A DNA stretch of 64,000 nt from Gammaproteobacteria bacterium (GTDB lineage Bacteria > Pseudomonadota > Gammaproteobacteria > JAJDYQ01): the NCBI GenBank assembly GCA_028289815.1, contig JAPYNQ010000063.1, positions 15,017 through 79,016 on the forward strand, written 5' to 3'. Each line of letters opens with the position of its first letter. Within the stretch, counting starts at the first letter, position 1. Below are positions 30,306 through 41,653 of the stretch, in pieces. The translations under genes were made by a program, and so were the position numbers. The notes under the pieces were generated by a model. That model searched no databases, was not told where the DNA came from, and worked only from the letters and a program-made list of their open reading frames with translations.

Positions 30306-32402
30306 ATGGATATGTCCAGCAAGGCTATAAAGTGGTTTACCGTGTTGTCAGTGGTTATTACGGCTGGCGTTGTGAGTGGCGCGACCATACTGGCGCCGGC
30401 TCCTACACAAGCCAGATCAACCAAGCTGATAGCAGACCTTGTTAGCAGCCTTCACTACAGCCGCCCGGGGCTTGATGATGAATTGTCTTCGGCGATGTTG
30501 GACCGTTATGTTGAAACACTTGATCCCAACAAGCATTTTTTCCTTTCCGTTGATATCGCGGCTTTTGAAAAATACCGACATTATCTGGATGACGCATTCC
30601 GTGGGTCAGACATTTCTCCGGCGTTTGAGATCTATAATGTGTACAAGCTCAGAGTTGAAGAACGTATTCAGCATGCACTGAAATTACTCAAATGGGAGCA
30701 TGACCTGACGGTCAACGAAGAATATCACGTTGATTATGAAGAAGAACCTTGGTTGTCCGGTAGTTCGCAGATGGACGACCTCTGGCGTAGGCGCGTTAAA
30801 AATGACATCCTGAATTTACATCTCTCCGGAAAGGAGTCAGAGGAAATTACGGAAACATTGACCAAGCGCTATGAGCGGATATTGAGGCGGGTAAATCAGC
30901 AAACGACCAACGATATTTATCAGGTGTTCGTCAATTCATACACCAATTCAATAGATCCCCATACGACTTATTTTTCCCCGCATAATTCGGAAAATTTTAA
31001 TATCAATATGCGCTTATCTCTGGAAGGTATCGGTGCAGCGCTTCGAACCAGGAACGAACATACGGTGGTACAGAAAGTTATTCCTGGCGGACCGGCGGCC
31101 TTTAGTGGTCAACTAAAAGCCCGCGACCGTATTATTGGTGTTGCACAGGGGCAGGATAAAATGATAGATGTGATCGGTTGGCGCCTGCAGGATGTGGTCG
31201 AATTGATTCGCGGTCCGAAGAATTCGGTTGTTCGTTTGCTGCTGTTGCCGTACAGTGCCGGTGTTGACGGGCCGACTAGGGAAATTACCTTGGTGCGTGA
31301 CAGAATTAAGCTTGAAGAACAATCGGCCAAGTCCTCCATCATTGAGATTCCTGGCGATTCCATGATGGTCAGGGTCGGTGTTATTGATCTGCCAACGTTT
31401 TACCTTGATTTTGAGGCCAGAGCGCGTGGAGATGCTGACTACAGAAGCACTACCAAGGATGTAAAAAAGCTTATTCGTGAGCTGCAGCGCCAGGAGTTTG
31501 ATGGCCTGCTGATTGACCTGCGTGATAATGGTGGTGGTTCCCTAGCGGAGGCGACCGAGCTTACCGGTTTGTTTATTCCGCAGGGGCCGGTTGTGCAGGT
31601 CAGGGGTACTCGTGGTGGTATCGATATCAATGAAGATCCTGACCCTGCGGTCATCTATGATGGACCGCTGGTCGTCTTGGTAAATCAGGGTAGTGCATCC
31701 GCGTCCGAGATATTTGCGGGAGCAATGCAGGATTATGGTCGTGCTATCGTTGTTGGTGAGCCAACCTTTGGTAAAGGTACGGTACAAACCTTGGTGGATT
31801 TGAATAATTACGGACGGAATGTAGAAGATCTGGGCCAGCTTAAGGTAACCGTGGCGCAATTTTTTCGCATCAATGGAGAAAGTACTCAGCATCGGGGAGT
31901 ACGTCCGGACATCATCTTTCCAACAGCGAATATAGAGAATGATCATGGTGAACGGTCACTTGATAATGCCCTGCCATGGGCCAGGGTGAGACCAGCGAGC
32001 TTTACCCGCATGTCAAGTGATCGGTTTAATATGGAATACCTGCGCGGCCAGCATAAGTCTCGCATTGCCGAGGATGCCGGTTTTAGGTATCTGATGACAT
32101 TGTCCAATGAGCTGCGTAGGGCACAGGATAAAAAGGTTGTTAGTTTGGTGGAAAAAATACGGCGCCAAGAACGTGATGAGATACAGCAACGTAATTTGGA
32201 ATTGGAAAATCTATTCCGTGAGTCACGAGGTATGGCACGATTAACTCAGGAAGATAAGGATGAGGAAGAAGATGACTTTATCGAGGAAGATGATGCCCCC
32301 GTCCTGAAAATCAAGCTGGAAGAAGCCGCTCATATTCTTGCTGACTATATCGGTATGTTGCGTGGTCAATACGCGGCACACCCTAATCTGGGGAAGCTCT
32401 GA
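30306..32402 (+). CDS. prc: Tail-specific (C-terminal processing) protease, S41 family
   Basis: About 698 aa with a PDZ domain and an S41 catalytic region (GPTFGKGTVQ). Confidence 0.9.
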   Translation: MDMSSKAIKWFTVLSVVITAGVVSGATILAPAPTQARSTKLIADLVSSLHYSRPGLDDELSSAMLDRYVETLDPNKHFFLSVDIAAFEKYRHYLDDAFRGSDISPAFEIYNVYKLRVEERIQHALKLLKWEHDLTVNEEYHVDYEEEPWLSGSSQMDDLWRRRVKNDILNLHLSGKESEEITETLTKRYERILRRVNQQTTNDIYQVFVNSYTNSIDPHTTYFSPHNSENFNINMRLSLEGIGAALRTRNEHTVVQKVIPGGPAAFSGQLKARDRIIGVAQGQDKMIDVIGWRLQDVVELIRGPKNSVVRLLLLPYSAGVDGPTREITLVRDRIKLEEQSAKSSIIEIPGDSMMVRVGVIDLPTFYLDFEARARGDADYRSTTKDVKKLIRELQRQEFDGLLIDLRDNGGGSLAEATELTGLFIPQGPVVQVRGTRGGIDINEDPDPAVIYDGPLVVLVNQGSASASEIFAGAMQDYGRAIVVGEPTFGKGTVQTLVDLNNYGRNVEDLGQLKVTVAQFFRINGESTQHRGVRPDIIFPTANIENDHGERSLDNALPWARVRPASFTRMSSDRFNMEYLRGQHKSRIAEDAGFRYLMTLSNELRRAQDKKVVSLVEKIRRQERDEIQQRNLELENLFRESRGMARLTQEDKDEEEDDFIEEDDAPVLKIKLEEAAHILADYIGMLRGQYAAHPNLGKL

Positions 32403-32417
32403 TTTAATCAGAGCTTC
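32393..32417. terminator. Perfect 12-bp hairpin overlapping the prc stop, between convergent prc and mdh
   Basis: GAAGCTCTGATT-t-AATCAGAGCTTC, base-paired by eye. No adjacent T-run. Confidence 0.35.
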
Positions 32418-32442
32418 CTCTGGCCTTACCCTGAACCTGTCA

Positions 32443-33435
32443 TCAGTTTGAAAGCTTCAGAAAGTCCGAGATAATGTCTCGCTCTTGGCTCAGCTCTTGT
32501 TCGGTGGTATTCATTTTGTTTTGCATGTCATCATCCACTTCCAACCCGGTGACAATATGATATTGGCCGTTTGAACAGGTTACGGGGTAGGAGAAGATCA
32601 ATCCTTCCTTGACACCGTAGTGTCCTTCGTCGCTGGGTATGGCCATGCTGGTCCAGTCGTCCTCTTTTGTGCCCAGCACCCAGTCTCGCATATGGTCAAT
32701 AGCCGCGTTTGCAGCGGAGGCCGCTGATGAAGCACCTCTGGCTTCAATAATCGCGGTGCCACGGTGCTGTACTGCGGGAATGAAATAGTCCTCTGCCCAG
32801 TCTCTAGAAACCAAGTCAAATGCCGGTGTTCCGCCAACTAGGCAATGACCTAAGTCGGGAAACTGGGTAGAAGAGTGATTACCCCATACGGTCATATGTT
32901 TTACATCCGCTACCGGGTGCCTAGTTTTGAGCGCGACCTGGGTTTTGGCACGATTATGGTCAAGCCGCATCATAGCAGTGAAGTGTTGACGATTGATATT
33001 CGGTGCATTGGCAGCGGTAATCAAAGCGTTGCTGTTGGCCGGATTGCCCACGACCAGCACGCGTATATCTCTTGCTGCATGCTCATTTATAGCCCGCCCT
33101 TGGGCGGCGAATATTTTCGCATTGTCAGCTATCAAGTCGCTTCGCTGCATGTCTTTGGTACGTGGTTTGGCACCAACCAGGATAGCATAATTGCTATCAT
33201 GAAAACCCACTGATAAATCATCAGTCAGCACGATGTCCTGCAGTAGAGGGAACGCACAATCTTCTAGCTCCATGGCAATGCCACTTAGGGCAGCAGCTGA
33301 CTGTGGTATTTCCAGCAGTCTCAGAATGACAGGTTGATCTTTTCCAAGCATCTGCCCGGATGCTATGCGAAAGACAAGGGCATAGCCAATATTTCCAGCG
33401 GCACCGGTAACTGTAATATGAACAGGTGATTTCAC
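32443..33435 (-). CDS. mdh: Malate dehydrogenase
   Basis: N-terminus [23 protein letters not shown] (Rossmann fold), 330 aa, similar to the LDH-like type-2 MDH. Confidence 0.95.
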   Translation of the reverse strand: MKSPVHITVTGAAGNIGYALVFRIASGQMLGKDQPVILRLLEIPQSAAALSGIAMELEDCAFPLLQDIVLTDDLSVGFHDSNYAILVGAKPRTKDMQRSDLIADNAKIFAAQGRAINEHAARDIRVLVVGNPANSNALITAANAPNINRQHFTAMMRLDHNRAKTQVALKTRHPVADVKHMTVWGNHSSTQFPDLGHCLVGGTPAFDLVSRDWAEDYFIPAVQHRGTAIIEARGASSAASAANAAIDHMRDWVLGTKEDDWTSMAIPSDEGHYGVKEGLIFSYPVTCSNGQYHIVTGLEVDDDMQNKMNTTEQELSQERDIISDFLKLSN

Positions 33436-33558
33436 GGATATTCTCCCTAAACTTTTAACCAGCCTTTATTATAAGGCACACGGCCTGCTGCAGCTAATGT
33501 ATGAGTCAGCTATAAGCTGCATTTCCATTGTACTCTGGCAATTTCCGGATGGACCCGT

Positions 33559-34089
33559 TCAGGGCTTTCTATCGGAATTTTTCCGCCTCAATAGCTGATT
33601 AATCGTGTTGATAATCGCGGAATCGCTCCAGTCTAGGGCACCGACGGCGGCATACTGTATGTTCCCTGACTGATCAAGCAGGAATGAAGTTGGGAAAACA
33701 TAGATATTCCATTGCTTGTGGACTTTACCGTCCATGTCCATCAGTACAGACAGTTCATCAGAGTCAGTTTTTTGGAGGAAAGGCTTGATCTGCGAAGCAG
33801 GTTCACCGACATCAATGGTTATAATGGCAACCGACTGATCATTGAAGTGTTGTTGTAATCTGTTAAGCGAGGGCAGCTCCTCGACGCAGGGAGGGCACCA
33901 AGTTGCCCAGAAATTGAGTAATACTACCTTGCCCTGATAATCATGCAGCTGATGGGATTTGCCATATAGGTCCCGCAGCACAAAATCGGTGGCCGGTATA
34001 TCGCCCTGATAAGGCTTTAATTCGGTTGCGTACACAGGGCCATGGATACCGCAAATGAGCAACATGGCGATAATGGTTGCGGTTTTCAT
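33559..34089 (-). CDS. Periplasmic thiol:disulfide oxidoreductase (TlpA/ResA-like thioredoxin fold)
   Basis: Signal peptide and a WATWCPPC active site. Confidence 0.8.
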   Translation of the reverse strand: MKTATIIAMLLICGIHGPVYATELKPYQGDIPATDFVLRDLYGKSHQLHDYQGKVVLLNFWATWCPPCVEELPSLNRLQQHFNDQSVAIITIDVGEPASQIKPFLQKTDSDELSVLMDMDGKVHKQWNIYVFPTSFLLDQSGNIQYAAVGALDWSDSAIINTINQLLRRKNSDRKP

Positions 34090-34939
34090 TGTATTTTCTG
34101 TAGCTTTTCCATGGCGGAACGAAGCAATGCTCCGGTTCTTTCACGCAGAGCTGTTTCGACAGGGGTACGGTCATCCCGCAGGGGGTAGCCATCTCTGACA
34201 TGCGGCAATTTTTCGATATGGAACCGGTAGGCGTGTGACTGTAAGTGCTCGCTTAATGCTTGCAGGTGCCAGTAATGTGGTGAATATTCTGGCTGGAAAA
34301 TATACACGGGAAGATAAGGATTATTTAGCTCTGCAGTGTAGCGGTGTGTTTTTCCCGCCTCAGGTGTTTCGTTGAGGAGATTTGGGGAGAAAAATATCAG
34401 ACCATCCGGAGGGGCTATGTTATTGTCTCGTAGGTGCTTGCGCCAGCTTGACGGCGAACTAGGCACCCCCGGGCGTGTGTGGAAAAATACACTGGTCGAC
34501 TGGTATCTTGTGCAATCTGTTGTAAAAAACGTGCATAGTCCTCAATGGGCAGCTTATTGTAACTGTTGTTTTCCAACGGTAGAAACAGGTCAGAAAAAAT
34601 ATTGCTCAGGCATGTGGACTGGCCTTGTATCGCCAAGTCTTCGGCATAGTCCAGCTGATCCTGCAAAGAGGCGTAAGCTGTAGGTAGCTGTACCACAATG
34701 CTATCGAAATGTACTAAAAAACAGGATGCGGTCAGCTCGGTGTCGTCCCTCATATAGGAAATTAATCGGCTATCCGGTGAAAACAGGGTTTCCGCGTGAG
34801 CTGGAACTAGGCAAACGCATAGCCCGGGTAGAAACTTAATCAAAACGTTTCTCTTGCCATCCCAGACGGAGCGAGTAAGCACGCTCGTAGAAATTGGTCT
34901 TATCCGAAAAATTTTCCGGATGAAAGGCATCATAAACAT
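34086..34939 (-). pseudogene. Hypothetical protein gene apparently frameshifted (two overlapping ORFs of 174 aa and 126 aa)
   Basis: I translated both frames across 34415..34541. The downstream ORF frame stays open upstream to a TGA at 34542. The overlap region is the same DNA read in two frames. A single indel near 34470-34500 would fuse them into about 284 aa. Confidence 0.35.
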
Positions 34940-35649
34940 GGTAACTCACATACTTATTACTGAGAGGCTTAACAGCTGCCATATTTTTTATAGTGCTGTT
35001 TCAGGGGCTTGTTACTCAACTTTACTCTGGATCTCATGATGTAGGAAGATGGACATGATCGGAATACCCGCTTGTATGGATGTCGCAAATATATTCCAGT
35101 GAAATTCATGGATGTGTCTCCCGTTATATTTGTCCTCCGGAAATATAGTGATGCTCCGACCCGAAAGTGGTTCATCGGTAATTTGGTAGTTTTACGGTTT
35201 TGTATGACTCAGTGAGTTTCCTTGCAACAAACAGCATATCTGGGGCTAAGGTAAAGTGGGCGTTCGGGATATAACGGCTATGGGACCAGTGGTTACGCCC
35301 CGGTCATGGTTGTGTCCAAACTCAACAATCAATCCGCCGGAGTTTTCTTTGAAAAGTGCCTTTGACTAATGCCCCTCAACACCCGGTAGATAACCACCGA
35401 TGGTAGCAGTGAGTTCGAAGGTTTGTTTGACTGCCTTCTTCACGACAGTTATATCGTTCGCCTCGTGGACTGGTTCCAGAACTCCCGGGATGGATGTCGC
35501 CTGTGAGCACTTTAACCGCACTACCCGGGAACAGTTGGTAGGTTTCCATGAGAGCTTATGGTGTACCAATCTAGATTTGCTGGATGCAACACTGGCCGAT
35601 TGGCTGATCAAACACAGTGGCATTCGGTTATTCAGAGGATTGGGATTAC

Positions 35650-35770
35650 GGTAGTGTCTCAGTTTCAAAATTATTTTCTTGCAAGGACCTTTGTCCATCT
35701 CGGAATATGCCGACCATCAAGGCAATACCACAAAACCGAGTAGGCTGAAATTTCAAACTGAGACACTACC
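35650..35770. mobile_element. MITE-like element of 121 bp with 23-bp terminal inverted repeats and an 8-bp direct repeat (GGGATTAC) flanking it
   Basis: Left GGTAGTGTCTCAGTTTCAAAATT; reverse complement of the right GGTAGTGTCTCAGTTTGAAATT. Flanks are GGGATTAC (35642..35649 and 35771..35778). There is no ORF inside. Confidence 0.5.
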
Positions 35771-35885
35771 GGGATTACAGACCTTGGTGCAGCACGTTAC
35801 TAACGGCGATAAAGGGTGCAGTTTATGGTGGACTCATACAGACTATTGCCTCTGGCGTGAGTGGGTTGTAAAGTGTGCAGCTTAA

Positions 35886-36974
<1,089 letters not shown>

Positions 36975-37314
36975 TATAACAGCCTGCCAGTGAAAACTGA
37001 CTTAGTATGAGATAGAAGCGGTCTTTTTTGTTAGCTGTCATCCGGGTGTGTCCGATGGCATAATACCCTGCTAAGGGAAGCTCGAAAAAACGATAGCGGG
37101 AGACACCTCGGAACACGATATCAAAAGGTAAGGCGCACGGAGTGCAGCAAGCAACCGCAGCCGGGATTCGACAGGCTTACTTGGTGTAGTATCAGTCATA
37201 TAAGGGTTCCGGGTGGTGCGCGGTGAGCTTCTGGGGGGCTCTTTTAAGTGAAGTCAAAACAGGAAAACAACCATTAACTCAATTTTCCTCAAAAGGCCGT
37301 CCAATACTACACGC

Positions 37315-38145
37315 TTGGTCGTGAGTATTATCCTGTCAGTTGCGCTTATGACTTTAGACCATCGCCTCGGACAGATGGAAAAGCTGCGCAGCGGCCTCGC
37401 TTTTTTATTATCCCCTGTCCAGTACATTGTTGATCTGCCACTGGTAGTGTTTCAATGGGGTAGTGACAGTCTCATTTCGTATAAAATGCTACTGCAGGAA
37501 AACAGAGAACTCAGGCGGGAGCGTTTGGAATTGCGTGTCCAAAGCATTAAATACACCGCACTTGAAGCCGAGAATATGCGGCTTAGAAAACTGCTGGATT
37601 CATCTATTCGTCTCACTGATCGGGTTCTTGTCGCAGAAGCCTTGCATGTTGAAACAGATCCTTTGAAAAGGCAGATTGTCATTAACAAGGGTACAACCAA
37701 CCGAGCCTTCGTCGGGCAGACAGTTATTAATGCAGATGGTATTGTCGGTCAGATTATACACGTCAGCCCCTATACTTCAACGGTTATGCTCATCACGAGT
37801 CCCGATCATTCCATTCCGGTACAGGTTGCACGTAACGGCATTCAGTCTATTGCCATCGGCAGTCGGGAGGATTATCAGCTTGAGCTGCCATACCTGACGA
37901 CCAATGCCGATGTAATAGATGGTGATTTGTTGATTACCTCGGGACTCGGTGGTAGGTTTCCCTATGGTTATCCGGTAGCTGAAATTAGTCATGTACAACA
38001 GGACGACGTTGAGGCATTTTCCAATGTTTATGCCGTGCCAACCGCAAATCTTGACAGACATCGGGAGGTATTGCTCGTCTGGCCGGCATCGGTTCAACAG
38101 GTTGAGGGCGGTGCCATCGAAATTTTCCGGGAGGCTAGGCAGTGA
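37315..38145 (+). CDS. mreC: Rod shape-determining protein MreC
   Basis: Transmembrane helix plus coiled coil plus the MreC beta-domain. The track uses a TTG at 37315. Upstream in frame, ...SIFLKRPSNTTRLVV resembles the E. coli N-terminus MKPIFSRGPSLQIRLIL, so the real start may be about 14 codons upstream at a non-ATG codon. Confidence 0.85.
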   Translation: MVVSIILSVALMTLDHRLGQMEKLRSGLAFLLSPVQYIVDLPLVVFQWGSDSLISYKMLLQENRELRRERLELRVQSIKYTALEAENMRLRKLLDSSIRLTDRVLVAEALHVETDPLKRQIVINKGTTNRAFVGQTVINADGIVGQIIHVSPYTSTVMLITSPDHSIPVQVARNGIQSIAIGSREDYQLELPYLTTNADVIDGDLLITSGLGGRFPYGYPVAEISHVQQDDVEAFSNVYAVPTANLDRHREVLLVWPASVQQVEGGAIEIFREARQ

Positions 38146-38630
38146 TTCGGGAGCCGGCAAATGCACTGCATGTTGTTCTGATCACTTTCATGGTTGCCTT
38201 GGTGCTGACGGTACTGCCGTTGCCGGCAATGATCACAGGCTACAAGCCAGAGTGGGTTACACTGATACTGCTGTACTGGATTATGGCATTGCCTCAGCGT
38301 ATCGGCATCAGTATTGCTTGGATACTGGGTATTGCGCTTGACGTACTAAGGGGGGCATTGCTCGGGCAGCATGCTCTGGCCCTGACTGTGGTCGCTTTTA
38401 TCGTATCGCATCTATACCTGCGTCTTAGAATGTATCCGTTTTGGCAACAGTCAGTTGTCATAGGATTCATCTTGTTGGTTTATCAGGTACTGCTGCTGTG
38501 GATATACGATATGACTTCTACGGTAAGTATTACTTGGTCGTATTGGTTGCCATCCCTGACGGGTGCTCTGCTCTGGCCATGGCTGTTCATGGTGTTACGG
38601 AATGTCCGCAGAAAATATAACATTAGATAG
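38142..38630 (+). CDS. mreD: Rod shape-determining protein MreD
   Basis: 162-aa polytopic membrane protein. It overlaps mreC by 4 nt. Position is conserved. Confidence 0.85.
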   Translation: MIREPANALHVVLITFMVALVLTVLPLPAMITGYKPEWVTLILLYWIMALPQRIGISIAWILGIALDVLRGALLGQHALALTVVAFIVSHLYLRLRMYPFWQQSVVIGFILLVYQVLLLWIYDMTSTVSITWSYWLPSLTGALLWPWLFMVLRNVRRKYNIR

Positions 38631-38636
38631 CTGACC

Positions 38637-40544
38637 ATGCCTGCTGTAGTCCGAATAAAAGATTATCGAAGTGAGAGTCGTCTGTTTTATATGCGGGTGA
38701 TCCAAGCCATTATCTTTGTCATTATTCTGTTGGTCATACTGGTTGGCCGGTTCGTGTATCTGCAAATCATAAATCATGATGTTTATGCGGCACTATCCAA
38801 AGAAAACCGTGTCAAGCTTGTTGCTATCCCTCCTACTCGCGGTCTGATATTCGACCGCAACGGAATATTGCTGGCTGAAAGTCAACCCTCCTATAGCTTG
38901 GAAATTATCTCTGAACGTGTCATCAATATGGATAAAACACTGGAGGACATAGCAAATCTTATTGATGTTAGTGATATTGATATTGCTCGCTTTTTCAAGT
39001 TAAAAAAACGCCGATCCTCTTTCCAGGGTATTCCGTTGCGCCTGAAAATGACAAATGCGGAGGTTGCTAAAATCGCTGTCAATCAACACCATATGCTTGG
39101 TGTTGATATTGTGGTTCGCCTGATTCGCCACTATCCACAAAAACAACATGCGGCCCATGTCTTAGGCTATGTCGGACACATCAGCGAGCAGGAGCTTGAC
39201 CAGCTCGACAAATCTGATTATCGCGGCACCAGTCATATTGGCAAGTCGGGCATTGAAAGGCATTATGAAGCCACCTTGCATGGCAGGGTTGGCATGCAGC
39301 AAGTTGAAATCAATGCCCGCGGGCGGGTATTAAGAAAGCTCGAGAGTGTCACCGCACAGCCAGGCAATAACCTGTACCTGACCATAGATTCAAAATTACA
39401 GCATGTTGCTGAACAGGCCTTGGGTGAGGAGAGCGGGGCAGTTGTTGCTATCGCTCCGCAAACAGGTGAGGTTTTGGTTTTTGCCAGTAAGCCGGGTTAT
39501 GACCCGAACTTGTTTGTTGATGGTATTGACTATAAAACCTATAAAGCCTACAATGAAAGTGGAAGCCGCCCACTCTACAATCGAGCCTTGCATGGTCGTT
39601 ACCCGCCCGGTTCCACAATAAAGCCCTTTGTGGCCTTGGCGGGACTTGAAACCGGTATAGTCGAACACGACCACAGCGTCAGCTGCCCTGGCTATTACAG
39701 CCTACCTGGTGATAACTACAGATATCGTTGCTGGAAAGAACGCGGTCACGGTACGGTCAATATGCATAAGTCCATCGTCGAGTCCTGCGATGTGTTTTAT
39801 TACCAGTTGGCAAGAGCCCTTAAAATTAATCACCTGCATGACTACATGGTGCTGTTCGGATTCGGTGAAAAAACCGGTGTTGACCTGCTTGATACTCGTA
39901 ATGAACCATCCGGCCTATTTCCTTCAAGAGGCTGGAAACGCCAGACGCTAGGAGAAACATGGTATCCTGGTGAAACCCTGATTACCGGAATTGGACAGGG
40001 TTTTATCCTGTCCACTCCCCTACAGCTTGCATCTGCAACGGCAACGCTGGCGAACCATGGAGTTAGAATTCGCCCGCGACTTGTTCGACAAATTGAAGAT
40101 ATGCGTACCGGCGAAAAAATCCGAACACCTATCCAGCGGTTCAATGTAGTTCCCAAGATTGAAGAAGAGCATTGGGAGCAAGTCATACAGGCTATGAGAG
40201 ATGTGGTTCATTCGCCAACCGGAACCGCACGCCGACTAAACAGAGATATTCCTTATTCCATTGCCGGCAAGACTGGTACAGCTCAGGTTATCGGTATTGG
40301 ACAGGATGAGACGTATGACGAAACTAAAATCGCAAAAAAATACCGTGACCACGCGTTGTTCGTGGCCTTTGCTCCAGTGGAAAATCCACAAATTGCGGTT
40401 GCTGTTATTGTAGAAAATGGTGGCAGCGGTAGTTCATCCGCTGCGCCGGTGGCTGGTGAAGTGATTAAGGCTTGGTTGGTTCCTAAGATAGAATCGGGTG
40501 AACTTGTTCTTGGTCCTGAAATCTCTTCGGCAAGTCCACCATGA
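38637..40544 (+). CDS. mrdA: Penicillin-binding protein 2 (elongasome transpeptidase)
   Basis: PBP dimerisation domain plus transpeptidase (STIKP, SCD, KTGTAQ). Length 635 aa. Confidence 0.95.
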   Translation: MPAVVRIKDYRSESRLFYMRVIQAIIFVIILLVILVGRFVYLQIINHDVYAALSKENRVKLVAIPPTRGLIFDRNGILLAESQPSYSLEIISERVINMDKTLEDIANLIDVSDIDIARFFKLKKRRSSFQGIPLRLKMTNAEVAKIAVNQHHMLGVDIVVRLIRHYPQKQHAAHVLGYVGHISEQELDQLDKSDYRGTSHIGKSGIERHYEATLHGRVGMQQVEINARGRVLRKLESVTAQPGNNLYLTIDSKLQHVAEQALGEESGAVVAIAPQTGEVLVFASKPGYDPNLFVDGIDYKTYKAYNESGSRPLYNRALHGRYPPGSTIKPFVALAGLETGIVEHDHSVSCPGYYSLPGDNYRYRCWKERGHGTVNMHKSIVESCDVFYYQLARALKINHLHDYMVLFGFGEKTGVDLLDTRNEPSGLFPSRGWKRQTLGETWYPGETLITGIGQGFILSTPLQLASATATLANHGVRIRPRLVRQIEDMRTGEKIRTPIQRFNVVPKIEEEHWEQVIQAMRDVVHSPTGTARRLNRDIPYSIAGKTGTAQVIGIGQDETYDETKIAKKYRDHALFVAFAPVENPQIAVAVIVENGGSGSSSAAPVAGEVIKAWLVPKIESGELVLGPEISSASPP

Positions 40545-41641
40545 AAGAGCTTCTAAATAAATTACACCTTGATGGCATGTTATTACTGGGTATTATTGCA
40601 CTGTGCTCATTGAGCCTCGTTATTCTGTACAGTGCAGGTGGCCAGCAAACCGATATTCTAATCAAGCAATCCATACGTTTGCTGTCCGGGTTGGTTGTCA
40701 TGCTTGCCATCGCCCAGCTCCCGCCTCAGTTGTTCAGAATTTGGACACCTTGGATTTATATGATCGGTTTAGCTTTGCTCGTTGGAGTGATTTTTTATGG
40801 AGAGCAGGCCAAGGGCGCACAGCGCTGGCTTGATATATTCGGCTTGTTTCGTTTTCAGCCTTCTGAGATAATGAAGCTGGCTCTGCCACTTATGTTGGCT
40901 CGCTTCTTTTCAGAGTATGAACTGCCTCCGGCTTGGCCTAGGTTGTTACTTGCAGCCGTTCTCATTGGTTTGCCCTTTGTTCTGATTATTCTGCAGCCTG
41001 ATTTGGGGACATCATTACTGATCGCTGCCTCGGGTTTTTTCGTCATCTTTTTGGCAGGAATACGCTGGAAGGTGCTCATCAGCCTGCTGCTGACTGGTAT
41101 CTCCTGTTTACCGATGGCTTGGTATTTTCTACTGCATGAATATCAGAAACTTCGTGTCATAACGCTGCTTGATCCTGAGAGTGATCCTCTTAATGCGGGA
41201 TGGCATACTATCCAAGCGAAAATTGCTATCGGTTCGGGTGGTACCTATGGTAAGGGTTGGCTGAATGGTACTCAGTCACAACTGGAGTTTTTGCCCGAAC
41301 GACATACTGACTTTATCTTTGCTGTGATCGGCGAAGAATTTGGCTTCGTGGGACTGGTTATTCTTCTGGCTGTCTATTTGTTTATCACAGGAAGGGGACT
41401 ATATATTGCAGTGCATGGCCAAGATAGCTTTGAAAAAATGCTGGTGGGTAGTCTGTGTTTAACTTTTTTCACTTATGTCTTTGTTAATATCGGCATGGTC
41501 AGTGGCATACTACCGGTTGTTGGATTGCCTCTACCGCTTATCAGCTACGGTGGAACATCTATCATTACACTGTTAGCCGGTTTCGGTATGATCATGTCTG
41601 TACAGACACATAAAAAACTATTCCAGCATGAAGGCTTTTGA
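40541..41641 (+). CDS. rodA: Peptidoglycan glycosyltransferase RodA (SEDS family)
   Basis: FtsW/RodA/SpoVE family; 366 aa; overlaps mrdA by 4 nt. Confidence 0.95.
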   Translation: MKELLNKLHLDGMLLLGIIALCSLSLVILYSAGGQQTDILIKQSIRLLSGLVVMLAIAQLPPQLFRIWTPWIYMIGLALLVGVIFYGEQAKGAQRWLDIFGLFRFQPSEIMKLALPLMLARFFSEYELPPAWPRLLLAAVLIGLPFVLIILQPDLGTSLLIAASGFFVIFLAGIRWKVLISLLLTGISCLPMAWYFLLHEYQKLRVITLLDPESDPLNAGWHTIQAKIAIGSGGTYGKGWLNGTQSQLEFLPERHTDFIFAVIGEEFGFVGLVILLAVYLFITGRGLYIAVHGQDSFEKMLVGSLCLTFFTYVFVNIGMVSGILPVVGLPLPLISYGGTSIITLLAGFGMIMSVQTHKKLFQHEGF

Positions 41642-41653
41642 TTTGAGGTTCAG

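Noticed and set aside
35366-35698. A 110-aa minus-strand ORF upstream of mreB
   Set aside because: It overlaps the MITE left inverted repeat and another ORF on the opposite strand. It has low-complexity composition and no start context.
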